Shown here: positions 38,130 to 52,079 of the stretch, piece after piece
How the letters are laid out: every line of letters begins with the position of its first letter
Numbering within the stretch: the first letter of the stretch is position 1
Assembly (NCBI GenBank): GCA_964016885.1
Contig: OZ024743.1
Coordinates: 157,852,001-157,916,000 of the forward strand
Direction of reading: 5' to 3'
Length of the DNA: 64,000 bases
From: Eledone cirrhosa
Lineage: Eukaryota
Program-made: the position numbers and the translations under genes
The notes under the pieces: generated by a model
What the model was told of the DNA's origin: nothing
What the model saw: only the letters and a program-made list of their open reading frames with translations
Database searches by the model: none

Positions 38130-39502
38130 CCCCAATACTAGACTGGTACTTTTTTTCGATCTCGAGTGGATGAAAGTCAAAATTGACCTGCGCGGGATTT
38201 GAACAGAGAGGGAAGAAACCTAGAACGACTACCGTAAAGCAGTCTATCCGACATCCTAACGACTCTGCCAATTTGCAGCCTATCCTGTCAGTCATACCCT
38301 ATCTTTATAATAGCACATGGACCTATGTAGTTATAGATATGCAAAATGACGGAATAATCATGACTAGGAGACCTTTAGTCATATGGCTACTCTGTCAGGC
38401 CTGACATAGAGCTAAATAATTGTTTCTACTTTAGGCACAAGGCCAGCAATTACCCAGTGCATTACTGGTACTTTATTTTATCGACCCCGTAAGGATTAAA
38501 GGTAAAGTCAACCTCAGCGGGATTTGAACTCAGATCGTAAAGGGACGTAACTATGCTGGAAAGCATGGCGTCCGACCCTCTACCGATACTGCCAATCCAC
38601 AAATAATGACTTCTAATTTAAGCCCAAAGCTAAGATATTAGGTTGGGTTGGGAGAGGATATCAATTGCACCAACCCTGGACTGGTATTTTTTCTACTAGA
38701 ATGATGAAAAGCAAAGTTGACCTCGGTGGGATTTGAACTCAGAGCGTAAAGGGCTGTAACTAAATGCCACTTAACATTTTATCCAACGCGTTCTAAAGAT
38801 TATTTTAATACACCGTTCTCTAGGAGCTAAATTATTCTAACATTGGCACTAGGCCAGCAAACTTAGTGGAGGGGAAAGTTGATTATATCAACCCTAGTAC
38901 TTAACTGATACTTTATGTTATAAAACCCGGAAGAATGAAAAGTAAAGTTGATCTTAGCAGGATTCGAACTCAAAACGTAATGAGTCCGTCAATCTACCCT
39001 ATTCTTGGAGATAAATAAACAACAATTCTGCTGTTACTAAGCGAATTTTAAGAATCGTTAGAGTGCCTTGCGATATTAATTCCAGCTCTTTGTGCTCTGA
39101 GTTCAAATTCTGATACGGTTAAATTTGCTTCACATCCTTTCGGAGTACTAGTCTATGGCAGTAGAGTGGCAAAATTGTCAGAGTTCTTCACGGGAAGCTT
39201 TGTGGTATTTGTTCTGGCTCTTTGTATCATGAATTCATATTAATTGTGATATCCACTATCTATATAGACTAAGTATGAATGGCATTAGAGTGAACCACGA
39301 TATCCAGCCTTGAGAGCAGATGACACCTGATAATTGTTTCCACTTTTGGCACAAGGCCAGCAATTATCCCAGTGTATGACTGGTGCTTTATTTTATCAAC
39401 CCCGTAAGGATGAAAGGCAAAGTTAACCTCGGCGGGATTTGAACTCAAACCATAAAGGGCCGTAACTCTTTGCTGCAAAGCATGGCGTCAGACCCTCTCT
39501 GA
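38130..39502. mobile_element. Cluster of young and old tRNA-SINE copies (young: 38417-38600 -, 39329-39502 -)
   Basis: Repeated ggatttgaactc B box (reverse) and gatgaaaggcaaagtt core. Confidence 0.85.
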
Positions 39503-40597
39503 TAATGATCACCATCATCAGTCAACGCTTATATTAATGTTATGAGTTCTGGTGGAGCCGACGTTGATCGGGGGGAAGGGCGGGGTCACATTCACCTATG
39601 AACCAAACTACAAGATATTGTGTGAGAAGAGTAATCTTTAAAACTGTAACTTAAACTGCTAACAATAGTAGTCATACCATAACCTACCGTCATAAGTAAA
39701 GACATGGCACATTATTCGTGAAAATAAAAAGGCTGAATGATCAACGCTTGAGTGCCTTTAACCATAGACCTGCTCGATGAAATCCTATTAGACCTTAACT
39801 TTGGGGACAAATCGTTTTAGCGGGGTGGTTTTAAATCACTTTCTAACTTTAATATTACGCCAAATTATAAAAAGTGCCCTGGGCTTTTTTCTTTCTTTTT
39901 TTTTTCTTTTGAGCAACATAAATTCAGAATTGTAAATTATTTTTTAATTTAAATATATATTTTTGTTAAGCAGGAATTTATTAGAGAAAGGGATTTACAT
40001 TTTGTATATAGATATATTTCGTTTGCATTTGAAGTGTATAAGTATATTTTGTTAACATGTGTAATTATAATTTCATCAGTAATAGAAACTGAAACAACAG
40101 CATTTCAAATTTCAAATCCTGAAAAAACTACTGCCTCTCCAAATATAAACAAAAAGAAAATATTACAGCTGTATATCCCCTAGCCATAATTAATTTCCCA
40201 TTTTCAAATAATTAAATTAAATGTTTTCTTTTTTAATTAAAGAAATAATGTAAAGTTTCTGAATTTCTGATATTCAAAATTTTGAAAGCATAAATTTAGG
40301 TGTCTTAATCTACGCAGGGGGTTTTAGGCATTGCTATACAAAAACATGAAATATACACAACTGGAACGCTTTTGATCATACAATTTCAATACCAAGGCTA
40401 ATCAGACAACTAATTGAATTTTAAGTCTACGTGATGAATAACATTCACAGCCAACAAAATAACCTAAGAGTTACATTAAGTTTATACTTATATGTGGATA
40501 CTTAGTTACTTGAAGGTTAATTTCAGAAGTAGGCATACATTTGATCGAATAACGGAATGCTCAATGTCGAAACCAACGGAAAATCCAGCATCTCTAA

Positions 40598-41712
40598 TCT
40601 ATATATATAAAACTGAGGTTGTCTGTCTGTTTGTCTACTAAAACGGTCGGCACACATCTCCTCCTAAACCGTACATTCAAATTTCGGTGAAATTGCTACA
40701 CTTATAGATGAAGGTCCAGCGGAGACATCGGTCAAAATAATTTTCAAATCGACCCACGCCAAGTGCAAAAATTGAATTTGTAATGTATTGATTTTTCAGT
40801 TCAAATGTATAAATAGAGATGAGAAACGAGTTATTTCCCTTTTATGGCGTCATTCCGTTTATCTATTTACGTTACGAACAAACTACGCGTGCAAAAGTAC
40901 AAAAATACGCGAACAGTTTTCGGGCCAGCAAAATTTTAACCTGCAAAATTCATGAGTTCGAAGTTTCAACAGTAAGCTTCCATTTTGCTTCATTTCAATT
41001 AAAAAGTCTTTTAAAACAATATTTCAGCGCATCAGCCTCGCCATCACCCGAGGCAACGCTGTGAGTGTGCTGGCTTGCCTCAAAAATCATTAGAGAGGTT
41101 GCCCAGTATTCGCGACGTTGCTGTCTTTTGCTCTGGTGTTGGCTCCGTTGTTCACCCCTTCCTTTACATTTTCTTTAATATTGTAGCATTGAAGGAATAT
41201 ATCTTTCATTGTATCATCCTTACCGAGGCATTTGTCATGTTATTTATGTATATATTTAAAACATATTTGTTATGTTTTTCTACTGTAAATTTATTTTTAT
41301 GCTCTGTTTATATTTTCATTCTGAAAGAATTGCAAACGATTTGTAATGATGTTTGTGCAACTATGAATAAAATATTTTTACTTGAAAACAAGCTTATTTG
41401 AATACACTACTACCCTCAAAAATCTATGAAACTACATACATGTTGCAACTCTCTCTCTCTATATCACACACACACATATACATCTTAAGAGAGAAAGGGG
41501 GATGTAGAGAGAGAGAGTGAGATAGGTGGTTATACAGAGAGAGGTACAAGATAATCAGATAGAGAGACAGCGAGAGAGAGAATGGCGACGAATGCTGGTT
41601 CACACACATACACACAAACACATATATATATAAAGACAGAGAGAGAAAGATCTGCGCGTTCTTTATTGTTCTCCATTCTGTAGAGGAAGAGAGAGAGAGA
41701 GGGGTATAAGTG

Positions 41713-41743
<31 letters not shown>

Positions 41744-42359
41744 AGAGGGTATGAGAAAAAAGGGAGAGGGTTGAGAAAGAAAGTTTAAGTAAAGAATCGC
41801 TGCTTTCAACATTAACAGGATCTTCTGAAACTAAAAAATTCAATCTGTGAACGGAGAATTAAATATTTCGAGAAACGTTGCAACTGAAGGAAAACGGGAA
41901 GACGATATTTTGGTTCGTGAAGACGTTCCCTGGTAATGAACGAAAAAAAAGCGAGGATAATACGTTGTTATGTGGACTAAGAAGAACAATTTCATGCAAA
42001 GACGAGACCAAGTTTATGGTGTAAATGGAGTCGTTAGACTAATATTCTATTTAAAATAACCGAATGATTTCCAGACCCGGAGTTTAAGAATGATGTAAAT
42101 AAAATTGTAAACGAAAATGACAGAGGTTATTAAAATAGTTGTTTCTACTTTTGGCACAAGCCAAGCAATTAGCCAGTACATTACTGGTACTTTATTTTAT
42201 CGACCACGTAAGGATGAAAGGCAAAGTTAACCTAGACGGGATTTTAACTTTGCCTTAAAATAGTAAAAGTAAATAGTGAAGATTTAGGCCAGTACATACG
42301 TATGCGCCGACTGACATACACATACATATACATACGCACACTCAAATACACACACAAAT

Positions 42360-42405
<46 letters not shown>

Positions 42406-42859
42406 CACGCGCGCGCGCGCGTATGTGTAAACCTTATGCATTTCTACAGTATTTTCACCAAACTTAAGACATAAGTTACTTATGTACTCCGGATGGTCAT
42501 GAGCACTTCCATTTTTCCAGATATTGATTATAGGGCCTCCCGGCAGATAACCCCCTTTGACCACTTCCTTGGAGTCGACTGAAGCACTGCAGTGCAATGC
42601 AACAAAACGTCATAACTTCTGGAGTTCGCAACCGATTTTCACAAAACTTGACACATGGGCTACGTTTGTTCTACAGATGAAGGTCAACTCTCAGAATTGG
42701 CATATATTGAGTAGGGGACCACTGGGGGCAGGAACCCCCTTTTGGAAAAAGCCGATGATTTTGTAAAAGTATAGTTTACGAAGCAGCACTGAAGTATTGA
42801 CATAAATGGTATACATAACTGCTATTTAATACTCGAGAAACGCTGGGTATCTCTGCTAG
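40598..42859 (+). mobile_element. Non-autonomous Helitron with nested SINE (42135-42245) and microsatellites
   Basis: 5' A|TCtatatatataaaa, subterminal imperfect hairpin ctcgagaaacgctggg, 3' CTAG|T; no TSD. Confidence 0.7.
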
Positions 42860-43105
42860 TAATCTATATACTGACGTTATTTTTTGTATCCTATTTATCA
42901 ACTTACATTCCAAAGTCATTATTTCAAATGGTATGCATTTTTTTACTAGTTTCAGATACTGGACAGTAGCTACACCCGTTGACTTCAAACGTCTTAGTCT
43001 TTCGTATTAACATCAGTACTGAGTTTTTATTAGGCGTAGAGGCGCAACTCGACATATTGATTTACACCGGTAAACATAAGCACAGACATGGAATGACCAA
43101 ACGCA

Positions 43106-43163
<58 letters not shown>

Positions 43164-45811
43164 TTAAATTACAAGCTACCACTTCACTCGCAAGGTTCAG
43201 ATCAATCCGAGGTTACAGTAGAAAACACATGAGCATGGTACAGCACAGTCAGAGTCTAACTTGGAAGCATAAGGTTGCGAAGCGAACTTCATACCCACAT
43301 GACTGAGCCTATCAACATCATCAAGCATTCTGTTCGTTTATCTTCATGGTATAACTCTGCTAAAAGTGTTCAGTAATCTTTCGTCCTGTTGATAACAACT
43401 ATATCTTGTCGTGTTCTTCTTATCGTGTCCACAAAAGTGTCGGCTACAAAGCTTGGCCAGATGTGGTTCTGCCACACAGAACACATTGCTGTCCTTTCTC
43501 ATTAAACTCTGCCAAGTCCAATGCTGTGCAGGGGTATTCCAGCAGGGGGCATATCAGCAGGTGTTGCGTAGTCTGTGATTCGACACTACAGTCACACACA
43601 ATGTTCCCATCCTTTAAATATCCCCTTTTGTCTTAAAAAAAACATTCTATCTAAGGCTGCCTATAACTGAAATGATGGTCATAATAGTTTGTTGGGATTT
43701 TTTCTATCCATGCTTCCATAGATAGCAGTTTACTGTTCATCGTGAAGAGAGATGCCCCTGATCACTTGGTCTGTGCTACATTACGTACACAAAAATAGGT
43801 TCTGTAGCATTTGTTTTCACCGAACTTCAATCAAAAGGAATATCAGCATTGTGGCATAAAAAGAGGCATATGGGATCATTACATTTTCCAGTTAAATATT
43901 TGACCCTAATAACTGACCAGAAATTTGTTGTTTCTCACTAAATAGCAATTTAAAGCGAAAAACATTTAGTGATAGAAAGTGGAATTAGTGACTTATTCAG
44001 ATAGTATTCAACCTCAGCCTGGTAGACTTAATGCTACATTGACGCTTTACCTCCCACCCTCTCTCCACTCTCAAGAATAACACGCATCAGTACATATTTT
44101 TCTAAACCGTACAAATTGCATAAATTGCTGTCATTCAAATATAACTACATTTTATACGAAGAAGAATTTGTAACTTGCAGCAAATTAAAACATCAGGTTA
44201 ATCGACCATCTAATGCAAAATGTATCCAATCAATTCCATCGTTCAATCGATTAAACACATTTGAAGGAGCCACTGCAATGTCCGCCTTCTAATGGTCGAT
44301 GTCCGCTGTAGTGGTTGATGTAAATATAGTAGATTTCCTTTAGCATATCCATGTAACGATATAACGTCTGCTAATGTTTTTTTATTCTGTCTCACTGATT
44401 TATTTTCTCCATTTGCTTGACAGGTTACGCTGGTACAACTTATTTCCAAGTCTTTAAAAGTTAAATATTTCATGAAAAACTATGGAATTACTTCCATTTA
44501 CTCTATACAAAGTCAGTCTACAGTAACAATGAACAAGAGAGCTTCTGTGTGTTCTTACAATCCACTAGAAATAGCAGTCAAGTTATCTTGGAATCACATC
44601 CTACCGTCATGGGAAAGGAAAAGACATATCGAAACACATTCAATGATGAAGTACTTCTAATAAGACGGGATAGTTATTGCTTCAGTTTCATTGGTCATAG
44701 GTAAGCAGGGTACATCTGGGGCCAAACAACAACAGCCGATAATAACCAGTGTCAGTATTCTGATGTCTTACTACATAATCTCGTGGTGTGCCTACAGCTG
44801 CTTGGAACGACTTTTCGTCGAATAGATATGTTTTATTCACACGACCTTTCCCGAAAGACATATTATCGAAGCGATCTTTCGTCGAATAACTACGATTAAA
44901 GTTCCATCCATTAGAATGTTTTGTCGAAACAACTTTGATTTTAGTTATAAAATAATTTTATAAATATATTATTTTGTAGAATAATTTTTTGTTAACAGTG
45001 ATAGGATTTGTGATTTATCGTCCTTAGTTAAACAAGAAAAATGCATTACGCTGTAATGAACAAACGATTACACAAGATAGTAATTAGTTATTAAAGTGTA
45101 AATGATCAATTGATATATTACCTACTATCTGTAGCACTTATCAATCGGCCAAAATGTAAACAAACAATCTATTTTTAGAAACGATCGATAAAGCTTAAAT
45201 TACTGGAAAAATTCGTCAGCCTCGCTTTGTTGAAGGTGGTAAGCACAGCCCTCCGATATATAACAAACGAGAGTTTGAGTTCCACGGGCAACGCTATTCA
45301 ATTTTTTTCCGTTTCCATGGACATATATGTCCAATTTGTTAGACTATTTGTCATAGTCAAAAGCGTGAGTTGAAAGTAAATTAACACGATTTCAAAATAC
45401 CAGCTCAATAGTTCGAAATATAGTTTGAGTACATTCTGGACGATTGAAAGGCTGAAAATAATGGAAAGATTTGTCAGCCTCGCTTTGCTGTAACCGGCAA
45501 GCACAGCCCTCGGGCATACGGCAAACATGTTCGACGCGCACGGGGACACTGTCCCCATGTTCAATCTCCAGCGGCATAATTAAAAGCGTGCGTTGAAGCT
45601 TTTAACTTTGTTAACATAAATGTTTAAAATTCTCATCTTATACTTTAACTCTCTTTCTCTCTTTCTCTCCCACTCTCCGTTCGATTTGCTGTCATATCTT
45701 AACCCCCGCAAAAATGTTCACGGCTACCTTTTGCGCTGAGAATAGTCCAATTTTACGAATATTCATATACACTCATCGCTTCAAACCTTTTCAGTTAATA
45801 TTATATATATA

Positions 45812-46132
45812 TATAATTGTTTCTACTTTAGGCACAAGGCCAGCAATTACCCAGTGCATTACTGGTACTTTATTTTATCGACCCCCGTAAGGATGAAAGG
45901 CAAAGTATATAATATTAACTGAAAAGGTTTGCAGCGATGTGTGTATATGAATATACACAGTATCGGTAGAGGGTCGGACACCATGCTTTCCAGCATAGTT
46001 ACGTCCCTTTACGATCTGAGTTCAAATCCCACCGAGGTTGACTTTGCCTTTCATCCTTACGGGGTCGATAAAATAAAGTACCAGTAATGCACTGGATAAT
46101 TGCTGGCCTTGTGCCTAAAGTAGAAACAATTA
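45812..46132. mobile_element. Inverted tRNA-SINE pair (45812-45905 -, 45958-46132 +) enclosing an inverted copy of flank DNA
   Basis: Both SINE tails face outward into TA runs; 45906-45953 is the reverse complement of 45759-45806. Confidence 0.88.
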
Positions 46133-46146
46133 TATATATATATATA

Positions 46147-46873
46147 GTGAGTTGGAAATTGGTCGGAGTATCACTAATAGCTTTCTCCGTTTATGTAATT
46201 ATGTATTATACTCTTGGTGCAACAGACATGAACTATCTCGATATAAGGTATGACTCTCTTTGTTTATTTTTTTATATGAATATTGATTGTTTTGTTCCTG
46301 TATCTCATGTCTCTTATTTTGCCTGAGAAAATATCTCTATGTGTCCTTAAACAGTACACACATATATTTATTTTTTCATATCCAATTGAGTTCTTCGCAC
46401 GAGGCTTGAATTCTTGTCAGAGTTCAATGACCTGCGTGTATATTATTTTTTGGCGGTAGCCTTCTCCTCCCATTTTTCAGGACAGTGTGAGATTTTCTTT
46501 CAAACTGCTGGACTTACAGCTTAACAATCGCTAAATATTGATATTGATTTAGTTATTAATATAAATATTATTGGGCACCCACTGAAGATTTATAAGAGTC
46601 CACTGGCATAAGAATCCATTGATCTTACACAAACTTCTACATAACTTGGTATAATTTCACCCACCATGTAGAAATCTTACAATGAAACGATTCGTTTGGG
46701 AAATGAGTTATTTAATATATCTCATATAAAATAATACAGCCAATTATCCACACAATACAATATAGTTAGCACCCCAAACGTTTAATTGGGAATATACTCC
46801 GGTATTTCCTAATGTTTGTTGAGTGAGTTGGAAATTGGTCGGAGTATTGCTAATAGCTTTCTCCGTTTATGTA
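46147..46873 (+). mobile_element. Terminally redundant HHR element (retrozyme-like), monomer ~676 nt, in (TA)n
   Basis: gtgagttggaaattggtcggagtat...ctccgtttatgtaa at 46147 and 46823; one HHR; no credible ORF. Confidence 0.8.
46578..46700 (+). ncRNA. Type I HHR with long stem II domain
   Basis: CCCA-CUGAAGA-U-UUAUAAGA...UCUUACAA-U-GAAAC-GAUUC-GUU-UGGG; covaries with 26288-26415. Confidence 0.88.
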
Positions 46874-47639
46874 AGTATGTATATATATATATATATAAAA
46901 GCATATTACCCGACTGCTTGTTTTGGTACGTCCACCAATAATTCACTGAATCACCTTCACTATATATATATATTTGAAATAGGCAAATTTGAATATATGT
47001 GAATAGGCAAATGGATCACGTGGTATATGGTTTAAGCTATATTCTGATCTAAGCTATGGCTGTGTCTATTTTTGAAGTGGTATGAATTTGGTTATGAGTC
47101 GTCTGTCTATATTATCCTCTGGATCAAAAGACAAGACTTGTCAATCTTGCTTTATGACCCTCGGAACACATGATCGAAGCTTCAGAATAACAAGACTGAC
47201 TCAGCCTTAATAAAAAAAAAAATACTAATGTCTTCTATGGTATTGAGTACTCATGCTCGTAACCGTCAATTGTTCAATAATATGGATTATTTCCTTCACA
47301 TAAACGGGTGTTACATACAATCATATATCAAAATGTACTGTAGTTTACTTGCACCTTTTATATGTGCAAATATTTTTTTCTTTATCTTTTTAACGTTTAT
47401 TTTTACCGACAATTTGTTTGGTTCTAGGGCTGTAAAGAAAGGGTATTCAAACAGAAATTTCTTTTGTTATTCTAGTTAACCTTTTTCACAACCAATCACC
47501 TTTCGAATTTCAAGAATGTCTTCATATTTTTATAGTTAACCATATGGTGATCATCTGCATTATATGTATTGTCGAGCTGCATTCTTTCCTTACGAATGCA
47601 GCTCGTTATTATTGCATGTGTGAATCTACGTTTTGACTC

Positions 47640-47654
47640 ATGTATATATATATA

Positions 47655-47721
<67 letters not shown>

Positions 47722-47830
47722 TTGTTACATATATATATGTATATATATAATATATATATATATATGTATATATATATGTATATATATAATATATATATAT
47801 ATGTATATATATATATATGTATATATATAT

Positions 47831-47890
<60 letters not shown>
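47640..47890. repeat. Compound (GA)n/(TA)n/(TG)n microsatellite
   Basis: Directly visible. Confidence 0.95.
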
Positions 47891-47892
<2 letters not shown>

Positions 47893-49004
47893 ATGATTAT
47901 GTATTGTATGTGAACATACTACACGCTAAACTTCTAGAATGTTCTCCACATTTTCAGATTTCGATTAATTGTAGATTCCTAATTATCTGTGCCCTTTTGG
48001 TTTTGTGAAGACCAGCTTCTCAAAACTGGTAATGGGGCAATTAGTAAGAAAACCAACTGCCTCACTAACTCCTGTATAATTTTATAATCCATGTATCTGC
48101 ACATTTCTATTTAGATCACCAGAGGTGTTTTCATCTTTGTTTTTAACATTATGTTAACGTGCTGAACAACTAATTTCTACAACAGTGCACATTTTCTTTT
48201 CTCTGTTATAAATCTTATTTTTGTGTCGGGTAAAGTTTGTCAATATCCCTATCTAAACTATGATCAAGTAAGGAGTGCAGGACTGCGTACGGTTTATTTA
48301 TTTATTTTAATCCAGTTTGTAAAATAAGTTGGATTACTTTGAATAAATAATGAATGAATATTACATAATTTATGTACTAAATTAAATTTAATATGAATAA
48401 TGTTATTGCTTATTTAAAATTGACTTCTTTTCAAAGTTTCAAATTTCTACACTTCCGGTTATCGCCGCCACCGCCTCCACTTCAACTACCATATATATAT
48501 AGAAATAGAGAGTGCGTGCTGAGAGAGATACAGATAGACTGATTATGATTTTCTACACGCTGACGCGTATCTATGTGTATGTGCACATACATACATCTGT
48601 ATGTATGAGTATATAACTATCATGAGTATATAACTATAATCAGGCAAACACAATCTTATAAAACTACACACTCACGGACATACATTCACACAAATACACA
48701 TACTTTCACACATATACTTTCACACTAACATACATTCACACATATACATTTACACAAACACACACACATACAGTCATACAGTCAGGATAGCAGCGTTCGG
48801 TGAATTGGAAATAGGAGGGTAAAACAAGTATAGCGTTTTATTTATTTATTAACTCTTTATTTATTTATTAACTCTTTTTTTTAACTCATTTAATATAAAG
48901 GTTTGATGGTTCCATGAACACATATTCCTTCTATATGTTGAAATGCATCGAGTATATATTCATAAATAACGATTCGCTTTATAATAATATGAACTTTGCC
49001 TATT

Positions 49005-51900
49005 AATCCGTATGGTGAGCAAATGGGGTCCCACGTGGTGTCCTCCCCATAGCCCCGGCAGACAGGATGGAGAAGGTTTTTCCCTGGGGGATGGTAAGGT
49101 CATACCGTCTGACCTTTTGCCATCCCCTCGGACCAGCTCCTCTGGCTCGAGCTGGGAGGGGAAGCCTGCAGCGTCCAAGGCTTGCTTAATGACCTCGTTG
49201 AGGGCAGCATGACGTGGAAGGCGGCCGGCACTGGGAAAGCGGGTGGAGTCCGAATGAGTCCACGGTGGATCCACAGCGACATTTATGTGGCTCGCAGATC
49301 CGGAGTCCAAGCCTCAAAAAACGCCGATGCGCAGGCTATCGATATCCAGCTGCGTGCCAGTGGAGAAGGAGGGCAAGGCATGGAACCAGGCATCCCTATG
49401 GGGTTTGGAGGCCACGCAGTGACAGGCAAGGCGGTGCTGGTCGAGCTGGCGCGTGAGTCTGTCTGAGGCCACGCTGCACTGGATGGCATTCCATATGCTT
49501 TGGGGGGACTTGAGGTCAGCAGGGGGAGAAGGAGGAGGAACGTCTACCGGGTTAAGTCCCAGCCTGTCCAACGTCTCACAGGCGACCTCACGTTCCCTGA
49601 ACACAGAGGGTTCTATTGTGTTTTGGAGAAACCTGCTAACGAGGACGCGGCATGAGGTTACCGATGAAAGAAACGCCGGGAAGGCCAGCGAGATCGGGGA
49701 TCGGAGGCCAAGGCCGCCAAATCTGACAGGTAAAGTGGCCTGTTGCCATACAATGTCGGCAAACCTGACGTTGCATATCTCTTCAACTGCCACTCGGATA
49801 CAAGTATCGTGGTCAGCGAGGAGAGATGCGTGGCTGTAGCACGGAGTGCTGCGAAGGGTGTAGAGGAGCTTCGGCATGGCGAAGCAGTTCCTCAACAGGA
49901 AGAGAGCTGGGTGACCGTCGATCAAGCCCAGTCGGCTCGTGAGGGTCTAGAGTTGTTGGAGCCTAGACCTGATGGTGGAGCGGATGCTCGGCAAATGGAT
50001 CGGTGACCCGAGGATGAGGATATCCTCTTTGGAGGTCATCTGTACCTCGTGGAGAATGGACCACACGTCCAAGACGGAGGCCGCAAAGCTCTCAGCATCA
50101 TAGCTGACATTCACCACCTCCGACTTGGACGAGTTGACCTGGAGGCCGATTCCCGCCAGGGCAGGAACCACCGATTGAAGGTCATGGCAGACAGTCTCCA
50201 CATGCCCGCCCAGCGTAGCATCATCCAGGTACTAAACGTTGAGAGGAGCCGTGATACTCCGGGAAATGTGGTTTATACCAAGGGCAAACAGGAGGGGACC
50301 CAGAGGGTCGCCATGTTGGACCCCAGTGGCCGAAGGTATGACCGTATCAGCAGCAAGGAGCATGCTCGGGGCTCCATATGACAAGTAAGCCAGTGGGTAG
50401 GCGGATGGGGCTCGGGTGAGGCATTAAGCAGATGGTCCCGACGTATGCAGTTAAAAGCATTCCTCATGTCAAGCTTGACAATGAGGTGCATGGAGTCTCT
50501 GGTTTCCTGTTCCGATGGGCAGCTATTGAAGAACTGCCTGGTTGCATGTGCGGCCCCCTCACAGCCACCGGACATGTCGACAACCAGTTTCACTGGACTG
50601 AACTCCTCACCCAGTTCAGGTGTTATGGACCTGCAGACCACCTTAGCAGCCAGCCTCCGGAAGACATTGCCCACAGCGTTGGGGCGTATCCCGCCCTCTT
50701 TCTTCCTGAGAGCGGTCAGGCTAGCCGAAAAAAATAGGCCTCGGGCGTAAGGATCCAGGGCACCATGGATAAGCCTATTGGTAAGTCCCACAATTGCACT
50801 CAGAAGGTTGCGCCCGGCCTCAGCGGAGAGGGGGGATAGCAACTCCATGAGGTGGCCTGGTTGGAGACCATCAGCACCTCCGCTGCTACTAGCTGGGAAG
50901 GACTTGACGGCAGACATGATGTCTGCGTCGGAAGCCACAAGGAGCAGGTGGGGGTATGGGTTGGAGGTCAGCGGGTGGCTCAGGGTGCTTGAGTCACAGG
51001 GCAGCCAGAACATCCTCGGTGTGTTGGAGGACAGTGTCCTCTGAGGCAACCACTCTGACTGTGGCCTTGACATCACCCATGATGATTTTGGCGCTTACAC
51101 GGTCACGCAACCGCTTGGAGCTGGCCTAAGGGGTGGAGGATTGGAGACACCCAAGAGCAGGGCTTGTGGCGTCTTTCAGCACGCTTGGAATGGGCGTTTA
51201 CCCATTGGCCTTGATAAAAGCTGCTTTCGACCGGCCGCCTAGGTCAGTGCCACAGCTGGGGAGGCCGAGGGTGAGTGGGGCGAAATAGAAGAGGCGCTCT
51301 CAGTCGCTGGCTCGATTGGAGTCCAGAGCACTCTCGATCGAGGAAGTGAGGGCATCGGCTACCGGCACCCGGGCAGCTCTCGGGATCCTGAACGTAATCT
51401 TCCGGAGCCCCCTGGGCTGAGTGATGTTGACCGGCGAGGCTTGGGTATCAGGCAAGCTCGCTGTCTCATCTGGTGGAGTGCCAGATGGCCTTGACTGGGC
51501 AGACGATGGGAAGAGACAGTTTCTGCATCTCCACGCTGCGAGGGCACTGGAAACTCGACGCGTCAAGCCAACACAGGTGAGGTGGTGGAAGCAGCCGCAC
51601 CCCGAACAATTACGGCCCCTCTTCCGTCTGTTCGTGGTGCTGCAAGTGCTGCAGATACCGACTGGTGGGGATGGAGGATGGGGCGTGGAGCCGGGGACTG
51701 GAGCACCAAGTGGCATCAGGGGTGAGTGGCTGGTTGTCACCAGTGTAGGTGCTAGGCACAACTGCACGTGGGTGGAAGAGAAAGTGTTGGTATGGGTGAG
51801 GCCTCATAGCTCACCTACATCGGATATGGAGGCGACAGAAGACAAGATAAAAGAGAAGGGGGTTGCATGGAGGGGGACACACATGAAAGTAGAAAGTTAG
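49005..51900 (-). mobile_element. Degraded near full-length CRE-type non-LTR retrotransposon (PHD finger, RT, truncated RLE)
   Basis: SGGADGL.P.HL, KKEGGIRP.AVG..RRL, KLDMRNAFN, GVQHGDPLGP, YLDD, LPVRFGGLGL, RH, GKRSDG; GC-rich relative to host; many frameshifts. Confidence 0.88.
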
Positions 51901-52079
51901 AAAATAAATGGATGAATGTACAAAAAGAAAATAGGGGATTGTTCCCAGCGGAATGACCCAAAGGTTGTTATTGTCACTGATGCTGGAGTTGGCTTCCTCT
52001 TGTTAATGGTGGTGGTAGTGATTGCTGGTAAGATATTGATGTATACACGGAGCCATGTTCATGAGTGATGGAATGCAGG

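Noticed and set aside
42985-43020. Minus-strand CUGAUGU..GAAAG hammerhead-like string
   Set aside because: Core mismatch and no stem I or stem III pairing.
45195-45600. Diverged two-unit tandem duplication (~230-260 bp)
   Set aside because: No ribozyme core or termini recognised; probably internal repeats of an old transposon.
47496-47640. Short minus ORF segment ending at a possible GT donor, with a 12-bp hairpin at 47573-47605
   Set aside because: No recognisable protein, acceptor or partner exons; cannot support a host exon.
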